This document shows positions 17,990-26,707 of a DNA stretch of 64,000 nucleotides, one piece after another. Under the pieces are notes generated by a model. That model saw only the letters and a list, made by a program, of their open reading frames with translations. It had not been told where the DNA came from and made no database searches. Origin of the DNA: a virus. A program made the position numbers and the translations under genes. The stretch lies in the IMG/VR virus record IMGVR_UViG_3300029870_000003, positions 1 through 64,000 of that record. One strand, given 5' to 3'. Position 1 is the first letter of the stretch. Each line of letters begins with the position of its first letter.

Positions 17990-18295
17990 ATGGATAAGAA
18001 AGAGAAATCAATCAAACTTCATCTAGATAAGGCTATTGGTTATTCAGACAAGGCTCATGACGAGTTGCAAATTGCTCTGGATATAGCTTTGGATGGAAAA
18101 GGACTTAGTTATGAAGAAAAGCGGCTTCTAAGTGTTGATTTTGCAACTGGACAAGAAGAAGCCGTAGAGCGTGTTGCTGATGGTAGTTGTAATGATGAAC
18201 CTACCAGTGCATGGGATAGCTCAATTAGAGACTGCCGAATATCTGAGGTATATTACATGACAGGTGAGCAGATACGTGAATATTTTAATTTATAA
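17990..18295 (+). CDS. Hypothetical protein (101 aa)
   Basis: ORF beginning MDKKEK. Confidence 0.35.
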   Translation: MDKKEKSIKLHLDKAIGYSDKAHDELQIALDIALDGKGLSYEEKRLLSVDFATGQEEAVERVADGSCNDEPTSAWDSSIRDCRISEVYYMTGEQIREYFNL

Positions 18296-18297
18296 CT

Positions 18298-18648
18298 ATG
18301 GATAAGAAGAAAGTTGAAGAGCTGATACAAGAAGTTATCAGCAACAATGTTGATAGCTTGGAGTTTGGAAACGATAAGCATAATGCTCCTTTGAGAAAAG
18401 CGAATAGCTTATTGCATGATGCTTTGATAGAGTTAGGAAAGTCAGACTGGGTATCTGTTGAGGATGGGTTGCCTCCTTACGGAGAAGAAGTCTTTGTAAC
18501 AAGCAAGATGGCTCCTGATAATGTTTTCAAAAACAGAAGAGTGGAATGCGCAACTGTCCCAAAAGATAGTAATGGCTTCATTATCTTATGGAAAGGAAGA
18601 ATGGCTTCTATCACTCATTGGAAACCTATTGAAAAGTTGGAGGAATAG
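18298..18648 (+). CDS. Hypothetical protein (116 aa) ending ...KLEE
   Basis: Terminal TTGGAGGAATAG doubles as an SD-like GGAGGA for the next gene. Confidence 0.4.
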   Translation: MDKKKVEELIQEVISNNVDSLEFGNDKHNAPLRKANSLLHDALIELGKSDWVSVEDGLPPYGEEVFVTSKMAPDNVFKNRRVECATVPKDSNGFIILWKGRMASITHWKPIEKLEE

Positions 18649-18650
18649 TT

Positions 18651-18893
18651 ATGGAAATTAATGAAAAAATAAATGAAATAATTCAACAAGCAAAAGAAGA
18701 AGGAGCTTATAAGGAAGATTTTGACGCATTTGAACAAGAGATATATGACCAAGGTTTTCGTAATGCAATTTCTTTTATGCTGTGGAATCCAAGCGAGCGA
18801 AGTTGTTCTAATTGTCAATATAAGAACAGTAGACAGCTATGTAGGGAAGATTACTGTGGGACAAAATACTGGAGACCAAAATTGGAGGAGTAA
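18651..18893 (+). CDS. Hypothetical Cys-rich protein (80 aa) ending ...KLEE
   Basis: Same junction architecture. Confidence 0.4.
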   Translation: MEINEKINEIIQQAKEEGAYKEDFDAFEQEIYDQGFRNAISFMLWNPSERSCSNCQYKNSRQLCREDYCGTKYWRPKLEE

Positions 18894-18895
18894 GT

Positions 18896-19135
18896 ATGGG
18901 TATAGAAGATATAATTAACGAAAAGTGTGTAACCTTTGAGACTGAGGAGTCTATGGATAATATCCAATCTGCTGAGTACTTCAAGGAGAATATCCTACCA
19001 AATGAGGTAGAGATTACACACGATGATGGTAACTATTTTGAGGTTTCCGTTAATGGAAAATTATATAGTTGTGACGTATATGGCAATGGCGATTTTTATC
19101 ACTCTATTGCCGAGTTTAAATTATTGGAGGAATAA
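18896..19135 (+). CDS. Hypothetical protein (79 aa) ending ...LLEE
   Basis: Same junction architecture. Confidence 0.4.
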   Translation: MGIEDIINEKCVTFETEESMDNIQSAEYFKENILPNEVEITHDDGNYFEVSVNGKLYSCDVYGNGDFYHSIAEFKLLEE

Positions 19136-19138
19136 GTT

Positions 19139-19540
19139 ATGACAAGAGAAGAAGTTAAAAAGTTATTGCCTATCTTTAAGGCATTCAGTGAAGGCGAAAC
19201 AATTCAACATCTAGACATAATAAATGACAAGTGGGAAGATGTTGATGAGTTCGTTTATCACGGAAGTGTAAAAAGCTATCGCATCAAGTCAGATAGTCAG
19301 CCCAAAGCAAAGTACCGTCCATTTGTAAACACAGAAGAATGTTGGCAGGAGATGTTAAAGCATCAGCCTTTTGGATGGGTGAAGAACAATAACCTCTATC
19401 GGAATATCTTAGAAACAAGCGATGAAGCTATTTTATTACCATCATTTCCTGGGGAGATGTTTGTGTTTTCTTTTAATAAGGCTAAGGAAAAATTCACCTT
19501 TGCTGATGGGACTCCGTTTGGGGTAAAAGTGGAGGAATAG
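19139..19540 (+). CDS. Hypothetical protein (133 aa) ending ...KVEE
   Basis: Same junction architecture. Confidence 0.4.
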   Translation: MTREEVKKLLPIFKAFSEGETIQHLDIINDKWEDVDEFVYHGSVKSYRIKSDSQPKAKYRPFVNTEECWQEMLKHQPFGWVKNNNLYRNILETSDEAILLPSFPGEMFVFSFNKAKEKFTFADGTPFGVKVEE

Positions 19541-19542
19541 TT

Positions 19543-19752
19543 ATGGCGGCATGGTTAGCATGTGATAAAGATGGTACAGAATGTATCTATGCAGACAAGA
19601 AGCCTCTTCGAGGTAAAGACAAGTGGGGTCCAGATTCATGGGACTATCGCTCTGATGAAGCTTTCTATGATTTCGTTGAACTCCCCAAAGGCAGCATTAA
19701 GAAACTCATCGGAAGAGAACTGAAATGGAGTGATTCGCCTGTTAAAATTTAG
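19543..19752 (+). CDS. Hypothetical protein (69 aa)
   Basis: ORF. Confidence 0.35.
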   Translation: MAAWLACDKDGTECIYADKKPLRGKDKWGPDSWDYRSDEAFYDFVELPKGSIKKLIGRELKWSDSPVKI

Positions 19753-19759
19753 AAAGACT

Positions 19760-19969
19760 ATGAGTAAAGTAGAAATGAAAAGAACACAACTATCAGAAAA
19801 GTTTGGTCTATATACAACTTGTGATTTTTTCTGTATGTTTGCACGTGGAAGAAGAAAAATTCCGCCAGAAGCTTGCTATGACCCAAGAAGAGACAGAGAG
19901 ATAAGGGCACATTGCAGAGAAGCGGAAAACGCACTCGCTGCTTATTACAATATAAAATTGATAGATTAA
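19760..19969 (+). CDS. Small HTH-like regulator (about 69 aa from MSKVEMK)
   Basis: MKRTQLSEKFGLYTTCDFFCMFARGRRKIP resembles a short XRE-type HTH. Confidence 0.3.
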   Translation: MSKVEMKRTQLSEKFGLYTTCDFFCMFARGRRKIPPEACYDPRRDREIRAHCREAENALAAYYNIKLID

Positions 19970-20079
19970 TAGTTATGGTTGGATTTTATGTTATTCTTAC
20001 CCTAGCTATTCTATATATAGCTTTTATGGGTGGAGTTATCGGTTATTTAATTTGTAAATATTGGAAAAAGGATTAGCGT

Positions 20080-20358
20080 ATGAAGAAGATTATATTATTT
20101 GTAGCGGTTATATTCCTGCTCGTTTCTTGCAAAGAGAACAAAGGAATTAATATTCCAACATCAGACTCTATTAATGAAATTAAGGTAGAGAAGCTATTTG
20201 TTGTGGATGGTATAACCGTATATCGTTTCTATGATGGTGGCAGAGTGGTTTATTTTACCAATAAAAAAGGTGTGGCAAAGGCTATTCATGACGAATATGA
20301 CCCTGCAACAAAAACCACAAGAACAAAGGTAGTAGAAACTTTATGTAACGAAGAATAG
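20080..20358 (+). CDS. Lipoprotein (92 aa)
   Basis: Signal peptide plus lipobox LLVSC. Confidence 0.45.
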   Translation: MKKIILFVAVIFLLVSCKENKGINIPTSDSINEIKVEKLFVVDGITVYRFYDGGRVVYFTNKKGVAKAIHDEYDPATKTTRTKVVETLCNEE

Positions 20359-20360
20359 TT

Positions 20361-20702
20361 ATGGATAAAACAGATTTACATTCATCATTACTCTTCCTGA
20401 TGCTTAAGCTGGAAGAGGCAAAGAGCAACCCGATGCAAGACAAGAACTTTGTCGTTGCATTAACGGAAGTGCTCAGATATTTCAGTGATAACGGAGAGTT
20501 AAAGAAAGCCTATGAAATCAAAAAGGATTCATTGGCAAACATGGCTAATAGCCCTTGGATGAAACTTGTAATGGGTATGCTTACCTCAAAAATGCAAGCA
20601 GACAAGGTAGATGCAGAACTTCCAGATGTTGATGCTCTGATAAAGGAAAGCACATCTGATGAGTACATCGAAAAGAAAATCAAAGATGTTCTTGGCGAGT
20701 AA
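20361..20702 (+). CDS. Hypothetical protein (113 aa)
   Basis: ORF followed by a GC hairpin. Confidence 0.4.
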   Translation: MDKTDLHSSLLFLMLKLEEAKSNPMQDKNFVVALTEVLRYFSDNGELKKAYEIKKDSLANMANSPWMKLVMGMLTSKMQADKVDAELPDVDALIKESTSDEYIEKKIKDVLGE

Positions 20703-20709
20703 CTACAAT

Positions 20710-20736
20710 CCCCACCCAGTTCACAACCGGGTGGGG
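20710..20736. terminator. Palindromic hairpin ccccaccc-agttcacaac-cgggtgggg; inverted copy of the element at 28059-28092
   Basis: 8 to 9-bp G/C stem; its reverse complement is nearly identical to the 28059-28092 element. Confidence 0.5.
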
Positions 20737-20762
20737 CAGTACAAACAAATAATTAATTAAAC

Positions 20763-23546
20763 ATGGAATTAAATTGTGAAACAACAACTTTGAGTTTCAG
20801 CAAGGGTATGACCAACATACCAAGTGACATGATTTCGGAAGACGGAGAGTTGATGGAATCAGTAGGATTCGTTTACCGCAATGGCGAAATGGTACCTATC
20901 CAGAAGCCAGTCTGCATCACTGGCGACAATCCTGTAGAGGGAAAGCTCGTATATTGCCACAAGCAGGCTGACTACAGAAACCTCGTAACCTACATCGAGG
21001 ATGAGAAGAGCGGAAGCTACACTTTGAAGCTATATCCTGGCTTCAAGAGTGGCAACGTAGCAGACAGATTGGTTCAGACTGTTGAACTCGGAGCCAAGCT
21101 TCTCGATGTTAAGAGCATCGGTAACACTCTGGTATGCGCAACCGATAAGGGATTGCACTATATTCTTTGTAAGGGCAAATCTTACAAGGACTTGGGAACT
21201 GAACTGCCAATTCCAAAAGTAGAGTTTTACACCGACGGAACGGTTGATAACTGGCAGAAGGATCAGGATGATTTGAAGAAAGATTCGTTCATGTGCAACA
21301 TCAAGAGCTTTGTTGATGAGAATAATCGTTATGCCTATTATGAGCCATTTACCAGAGATGACGTTGAAGCTTACGAGCTGCACAGTACAGGACTTGGCGC
21401 TGATCCAGATTACTATATTACAGAGTTGTATACTACCCATACTGTAAAGCAGGACAAAGAGACCGATTTCAAAAATGCTATTGTCGGTCATGTTGAGCAG
21501 ATGATTAACTGGGTGAAAGACAAGAACAAATTCGCCTTTCCGTTCTTTGTGAGATTCGCCTTGAAGATGTTTGACGGAAGCTACACTCGCATTTCTAATC
21601 CTATCATCTGCTACCCTTCAATCATCCGCAACTGCAAGTTCGTTCAGATGTACAAGGGGGATAAGAGCTACTACAAGGAAGAAGATAGCCCAAATGGTAG
21701 CGGTATGTATATGTATCACATCGCATATAGTGGACTTTTCTTCAAGGCATCCATCGAAAACAAGGAAAACTGGTCGGATATTATAAAGGAAATTGTGATT
21801 TTCGCAACAGACGATGTTAAGTCTTTCGAGTTGAATGGGGATTGGAAGTTCAAGGACCCTATGGATGTTAACAAGACCATATTCTACAATGGAGGTGGAA
21901 CTTATCATGAAAACGTGGTAGATTTCAGACATTACAATTACAGAGGTGATGGCTATCATCCTCTTGCATCAGAATGGATTATGCCTGTTTTCAAGACAGA
22001 GGATAAGATGATAAAGGAACTGCTTGAAAAGACCCAGTTCTACAAGTTGTTCTCCTTGGATATGAACTCCAAATACCTTGATGGCGAGTGGCATGATTCG
22101 TCAGTAAAAAACGAATCAGCATCAGACGTTAACATTATTGAGGATGGAACGGTCTCCAATCTAACCGAACAGGAGCAGCTTAAAGTGGATGATTACTATG
22201 GATGGACCAGACTGGTGGCAGATAAGTTATTTACATACAATAGCAGAATCAATGCCATCGGCGTGAAGCGTTATCCTTTTAAGGGATTCAACTTCTTTAC
22301 GGAGAATAAAACTCCTGGACATTTCAGCTATGAGTACTACGTGCATATCGTGAACAGATACATGGACACATGGGTGAAGTCTGAACCAAACAATAATGCT
22401 GACCCTATGTTCTTCACAGGATGGCTATATTACCCAGATGTAAACGCCAAGGAAATGATTATTCGTAGAGTTGGCGATTCGTTGGGCTGGAGAGTGACTT
22501 TAAATCAGCATAAAATGCTAAATGGAGCTTATAGCTTTGTGAACCTTCCACGTACGAGCAAGAATATTTCTATCTCAAATATAGAGGTGCCAGTCGTTGC
22601 TACAGATGGGTATGAAGATTTGAACTCACAGATATTTACGTCTGTCGTCAACAACCCATTCGTTTTCGAGGCATCGGGCGATAACACCGTGGGCGCAGGC
22701 AAGATTTATGGCATCGTTTCAAATACCGAAGCCGTAAGTACAGGACAGTTCGGTCAATATCCGTTGCTCGTTTTCACAAGCGAAGGCATCTATGGCATGA
22801 GCGTCAACGCCGAAGGATTGTACTCTGCTTCTTATCCTATCTCCAGAGAGGTATGTAACGAGAACTCTCCATTCGTCCCTACAGGAAATATGGTATTCTT
22901 CACAGGTATGAAGGGATTGATGGCAACAACTGGAGGCAGCGTTGCTTTTATGAGCAATAAAATGAGTGGCTACCAGCCAAGCGAGTTGAGAACCCTTGAT
23001 GATGGAGCGTTTAGCATCTTTCTCGAAGATTGTATGATTGCCTACGATTATAATCAGTCGTTGCTTCGCATCTATGCAAAGGGAAAGTCGTACCAGTACA
23101 TATACAATACGGTTGACCAGACCTTTGCAATGGACAATAGCGGAATGGAGGCACAGGCTATTGTGAACGATTACCCAGACAACTTGATTCAGGACACAGA
23201 AGGCAATGTGTATTCTCTAACCGACAAGCCGGTTCCATTGAAAGATAAGAATCTCTACAGTGGTTATCTCATCACAAGACCATTGAAGTTCACTGGCTCA
23301 AAGATATTGAAGAGTCTCAGACAGATTAGTCACCTCAAAAAGTCGGCAGATGGCAAGCTTAGTCTGGAGGTATGGGCTAGCAACAATGCCGTTAACTGGT
23401 GCAAGCTGGAGAGCTTGAAAGGGAAACCGTGGGCTTATTTCACGTTCAAGTACAACTTGTCAAACTTCAAGGCATCCGATGCCTTCACAGGTTCCTTAGT
23501 AAGAGTGCAAAACAGAAGATCACTCATGCACGATATGGAATTTTAA
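20763..23546 (+). CDS. Large hypothetical protein (927 aa), possibly virion or host-interaction related
   Basis: Long intact ORF with no recognisable motifs; Gly/Asn/Tyr-rich, beta-rich composition. Confidence 0.45.
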   Translation: MELNCETTTLSFSKGMTNIPSDMISEDGELMESVGFVYRNGEMVPIQKPVCITGDNPVEGKLVYCHKQADYRNLVTYIEDEKSGSYTLKLYPGFKSGNVADRLVQTVELGAKLLDVKSIGNTLVCATDKGLHYILCKGKSYKDLGTELPIPKVEFYTDGTVDNWQKDQDDLKKDSFMCNIKSFVDENNRYAYYEPFTRDDVEAYELHSTGLGADPDYYITELYTTHTVKQDKETDFKNAIVGHVEQMINWVKDKNKFAFPFFVRFALKMFDGSYTRISNPIICYPSIIRNCKFVQMYKGDKSYYKEEDSPNGSGMYMYHIAYSGLFFKASIENKENWSDIIKEIVIFATDDVKSFELNGDWKFKDPMDVNKTIFYNGGGTYHENVVDFRHYNYRGDGYHPLASEWIMPVFKTEDKMIKELLEKTQFYKLFSLDMNSKYLDGEWHDSSVKNESASDVNIIEDGTVSNLTEQEQLKVDDYYGWTRLVADKLFTYNSRINAIGVKRYPFKGFNFFTENKTPGHFSYEYYVHIVNRYMDTWVKSEPNNNADPMFFTGWLYYPDVNAKEMIIRRVGDSLGWRVTLNQHKMLNGAYSFVNLPRTSKNISISNIEVPVVATDGYEDLNSQIFTSVVNNPFVFEASGDNTVGAGKIYGIVSNTEAVSTGQFGQYPLLVFTSEGIYGMSVNAEGLYSASYPISREVCNENSPFVPTGNMVFFTGMKGLMATTGGSVAFMSNKMSGYQPSELRTLDDGAFSIFLEDCMIAYDYNQSLLRIYAKGKSYQYIYNTVDQTFAMDNSGMEAQAIVNDYPDNLIQDTEGNVYSLTDKPVPLKDKNLYSGYLITRPLKFTGSKILKSLRQISHLKKSADGKLSLEVWASNNAVNWCKLESLKGKPWAYFTFKYNLSNFKASDAFTGSLVRVQNRRSLMHDMEF

Positions 23547-23555
23547 TGATTTCAA

Positions 23556-23705
23556 GGCTTTATAATATAATAAGGTGGTGTGCGTATAGCATTCCACCTT
23601 ATTTTGTCTCTGTCTAAACTATGAAGAAAAATACACTTTGGTGATACAACCTATGGATATTTTCCCTACTTTTGCACTCAAAATAACGCTTTAACAATTT
23701 TATTT
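23556..23705 (+). promoter_or_regulatory. Copy A of the terminator-miniORF-promoter cassette: hairpin aaggtgg...ccacctt, 7-codon ORF MKKNTLW-stop (23621-23644), -7 box TActTTTG (23651-23658)
   Basis: About 85 percent identical over 150 bp to 49474-49623; ends at the ATG of a lipoprotein gene. Confidence 0.55.
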
Positions 23706-24197
23706 ATGAAGAAATTATTATTCATTTTAGTGGCTATTGTGTCACTGTGCGCATGTAGTAGCGACGATGAGAGCCGAAGTAGTTCAACAAATCAAATCCT
23801 TTATAACGGAAAGGCTTATCGTATTGATAGTGTAACTTTGGGATATGGAAGGAAGATATGTATGTATAGTGGTTATTATCATCTAGTAGTACAAGACTAC
23901 CAAAGTCGTTTTAGTACAGAAAAGAATTGTTTCGTTCAGAATTTAGGTAGTTCTTTTTTCGATGATACAACAAATAGCAGATTATGCGACGAGTGGTCGG
24001 GCGTAGGAAACAATTATCACTTCACGCATGATGATGGAACCGAGAGCTGGGGTGTAGTAATGGGTGAATCGTCGTACGTAGATATTCAAAAGATAGGTAA
24101 TCAATATTCAATATCTATTTTATTGACTGATAATGAAAAATCAAAGCGACATACATTGAAAGCAACTTATTTAGGTCCGTTAAAAGTGGTGAAGTAG
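23706..24197 (+). CDS. Lipoprotein (163 aa), moron-like
   Basis: Signal peptide plus lipobox IVSLCAC; own promoter cassette and downstream terminator. Confidence 0.5.
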   Translation: MKKLLFILVAIVSLCACSSDDESRSSSTNQILYNGKAYRIDSVTLGYGRKICMYSGYYHLVVQDYQSRFSTEKNCFVQNLGSSFFDDTTNSRLCDEWSGVGNNYHFTHDDGTESWGVVMGESSYVDIQKIGNQYSISILLTDNEKSKRHTLKATYLGPLKVVK

Positions 24198-24215
24198 TTT
24201 ATAAGCCGAAGGCGG

Positions 24216-24698
24216 CTACGCTCTACGAGCTGCCGCCTTCTTGGAAAGATATTCAATTATATAGCCAATGGAAAATGCGTATAGATGAAGCAAGCCGTTC
24301 ACGTTGCTCAGCAGCATCGTGAAGAGAATGAACGGCATCGCTTTCTTGATCGCCTCCTTCCATCGCCCCGTCCGTCCCCAAAGGATTCCGAACTGGGCGA
24401 AGAGAAAACCAGACAAGCCCATCGTCGGCTCGCCGACGTACATAGGCAGAAAACTGGCAGCCACGGCTACCATGAAAGCCTTCACAGGTGTGAGTCTGTT
24501 CTTAATCTGCCAAAGAACCAGCAGATTCACGGCAAGATGAAACACGTTGACGTGAAAGAAACTGTAGATGATATGGTACTCCATGGGAAGTGCCGGACCG
24601 AAACCTACATGCCATGGCAACAGAATGATGCAGAGGATGGAGATTGCAGCCTTCAATCCAAAGTCTGGCTTACTTGTTATCTCTGAAATCCTTACCAT
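24216..24698 (-). CDS. Rhomboid-family intramembrane serine protease (160 aa)
   Basis: Multi-TM protein with GLSGF (GxSG catalytic Ser) and a downstream His in LLHLYAFSIGY; short 6-TM rhomboid architecture. Confidence 0.55.
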   Translation of the reverse strand: MVRISEITSKPDFGLKAAISILCIILLPWHVGFGPALPMEYHIIYSFFHVNVFHLAVNLLVLWQIKNRLTPVKAFMVAVAASFLPMYVGEPTMGLSGFLFAQFGILWGRTGRWKEAIKKAMPFILFTMLLSNVNGLLHLYAFSIGYIIEYLSKKAAARRA

Positions 24699-25095
24699 AA
24701 CGCTTGCATTTATTGAAGATATACTGCACAGATACCGGTGAAAGAAAGAACTCTGGAGCAGGCTCGCTGACCAGAAACTGGCAGATGAAATGAAGCGACT
24801 GCCCGATGAACTCCTTCCGCTGAGATACCTTCTTTAGCTTCTCGAAAAGAGAATAGTACATTCGTCTTCTCGGTTCCGTCATGGCATCCACCACGGTGAA
24901 ATCACCTACCACCATCCTTCTCAGCCGCTCGAACGCCTGCTTCGGACTGACGTAGTATCTCGGGGCAGGATGAGAGGCTACCTTGATGTATGCCTCCTGC
25001 TGCGAGTGACAGGTAAGGGCTATCTCGCCGTAAACCTTCATGATGTCCTCCCTCTGCCTTGCAGTTAAGCTAAAGTTTGTCTTTGTCATACGCAC
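24670..25095 (-). CDS. Hypothetical protein (141 aa), co-transcribed upstream of the rhomboid (29-nt overlap)
   Basis: Basic protein; minus-strand promoter at 25131-25138. Confidence 0.4.
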   Translation of the reverse strand: MRMTKTNFSLTARQREDIMKVYGEIALTCHSQQEAYIKVASHPAPRYYVSPKQAFERLRRMVVGDFTVVDAMTEPRRRMYYSLFEKLKKVSQRKEFIGQSLHFICQFLVSEPAPEFFLSPVSVQYIFNKCKRYGKDFRDNK

Positions 25096-25130
25096 ACCTG
25101 TTTAATGTTTATGTTGTTGAAATACAGGTG

Positions 25131-25138
25131 CAAAGATA
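25131..25138 (-). promoter_or_regulatory. -7 box TAtcTTTG (minus strand) for the 141-aa/rhomboid operon
   Basis: Plus-strand caaagata lies about 36 nt upstream of the ATG at 25095. Confidence 0.35.
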
Positions 25139-25219
25139 CTACTTATCTAGAAAATATCCAAATTAACAACATATTTTAAGTTTTTGCACATTTTTCATTG
25201 TTTTGTGCGAGATTTTTCT

Positions 25220-25227
25220 TAACTTTG
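25220..25227 (+). promoter_or_regulatory. -7 box TAacTTTG for the plus-strand operon starting at 25307
   Basis: cttaactttgcacc matches Bacteroidetes promoter boxes seen elsewhere in the window. Confidence 0.35.
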
Positions 25228-25306
25228 CACCGATTTATAAGATTTAGCATACTATTTCTAAGAAACAGCAACTAAATTCAGGTGTTTAACATAAAATTTT
25301 ATTTGT

Positions 25307-25789
25307 ATGAAACAAAAAGAAGACGATGCTCTCTCAGATGAGGAGCGAAAAATGGTTTTAAACGGCTTGGTAAGCCGCAAGATTTGGAAGTTCTACGAAC
25401 TACTTTCAAAGTGGGCACCGATACCACTGATGTTGTGGCATTGGTATGGCGTATGGGACTATGGGCATTACCCTAGACCTGCAATACTTGATACAGCCAA
25501 CAACGGAGGCTGTATCATCTGGATTTACTTTCTGGCATATATTTATATGCCTCTCTGCATGCTTCCAGTTAGTTTCTTCTTTAAGTACTGCTGGATATTC
25601 CGCATTCCATTCTTCTATTTCTTTGGCATCAATGCCATCCGATTGTACTATCAGCACTGGCTCATCACTCCCGAACAGCTAGAGATGCACCATGTGTTTA
25701 TCATATTCACTTTAATGCTTTACGCCTATGGATTTATCAAAATCGCTTTTACACGTGGCAGATGTTGCTTACCGCATGTTGCAAAATGA
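25307..25789 (+). CDS. Multi-TM membrane protein (160 aa)
   Basis: Trp/Phe/Tyr-rich hydrophobic helices. Confidence 0.4.
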   Translation: MKQKEDDALSDEERKMVLNGLVSRKIWKFYELLSKWAPIPLMLWHWYGVWDYGHYPRPAILDTANNGGCIIWIYFLAYIYMPLCMLPVSFFFKYCWIFRIPFFYFFGINAIRLYYQHWLITPEQLEMHHVFIIFTLMLYAYGFIKIAFTRGRCCLPHVAK

Positions 25790-26189
25790 TGAGTGCGGCT
25801 TCTCGGAAGAGGAGGAGCAGATTGTTCAGAGAAACATCATCTACTGGATGGAGAGAAGACACCACTTCGATGAGAAGCTGGGCAGAGCTTGCATCGCCAA
25901 CATCTACTACTTCAAGGATGATGTTACCAAGGAGTATGCGCCTTTCTTCGATTACGAGGAAATGAAGGAAGAGTACAAGAAACAGGCATTGATGATTCCC
26001 GACTACACGATGTGGGACTTTGCCGTAACTATGAATAAGATGTTTGCCGAGAACTACGATGTGCTTGGCAAATGGTCGAGAAGTAAGGAAACCATGAAGA
26101 AAAGGGCATCAGAACTGGCTGTTAGCTTCCTCTGCGACGAGTCTACGAGCCACCCGACGGATAAAATTTGGTGGTATATGAACAGTTAG
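25728..26189 (+). CDS. Hypothetical protein (153 aa; start uncertain)
   Basis: ORF overlapping the previous gene. Confidence 0.35.
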   Translation: MDLSKSLLHVADVAYRMLQNDECGFSEEEEQIVQRNIIYWMERRHHFDEKLGRACIANIYYFKDDVTKEYAPFFDYEEMKEEYKKQALMIPDYTMWDFAVTMNKMFAENYDVLGKWSRSKETMKKRASELAVSFLCDESTSHPTDKIWWYMNS

Positions 26190-26257
26190 ATGGAAACACG
26201 GAAGAATGTTTTGAAAAAGCCCCTATCTTTGTAGCCATTAATCAATATTAATGGTAT

Positions 26258-26707
26258 ATGACAGAAATTATTCATACATTTTTACAAGAGCACCTGTACA
26301 GATCGGCATTGGTTATTGCCATCTGCATGGGTGCTCTTATCATTTCTATGGGCGTGGACCTATTCTTCGGAATCAAAAAAGCGAAGGAGAACGGACTGGC
26401 TACGACAAGTACAGGATTCAAGAAGACCTGCGACAAGGCAAGGAAATACTTCTCTCCCTTCATGGTAACGGTCTGCATAGACCTGATAGCCTGTCCGATT
26501 TTCCCATTCCCTGTCTTCTCTATGATATGGACAGGATATTGCGTGTTCTGTGAATTTATAAGCGTAAGGGAAAAGAGTTGGCAGAAGGCTGAAATCCGAA
26601 AGCAGGAGAAGACGGTAAGCATTCTTCTTGAGAACAAAGAAGATTTGGCTAGGGCTTTTGCCGAGATTATGAAGGAACAGGAAAAAGAGAAGGAGGGCAA
26701 GGCATGA
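26258..26707 (+). CDS. Holin-like membrane protein (149 aa)
   Basis: Three or more TM helices and a charged C-terminus; overlaps the endolysin start (ATGA). Confidence 0.35.
   Translation: MTEIIHTFLQEHLYRSALVIAICMGALIISMGVDLFFGIKKAKENGLATTSTGFKKTCDKARKYFSPFMVTVCIDLIACPIFPFPVFSMIWTGYCVFCEFISVREKSWQKAEIRKQEKTVSILLENKEDLARAFAEIMKEQEKEKEGKA

Noticed and set aside
23621-23644. Conserved 7-codon mini-ORF called as a real gene
   Set aside because: Its conservation may only reflect nucleotide conservation of the cassette. It is kept as part of the regulatory cassette, not as a CDS feature.
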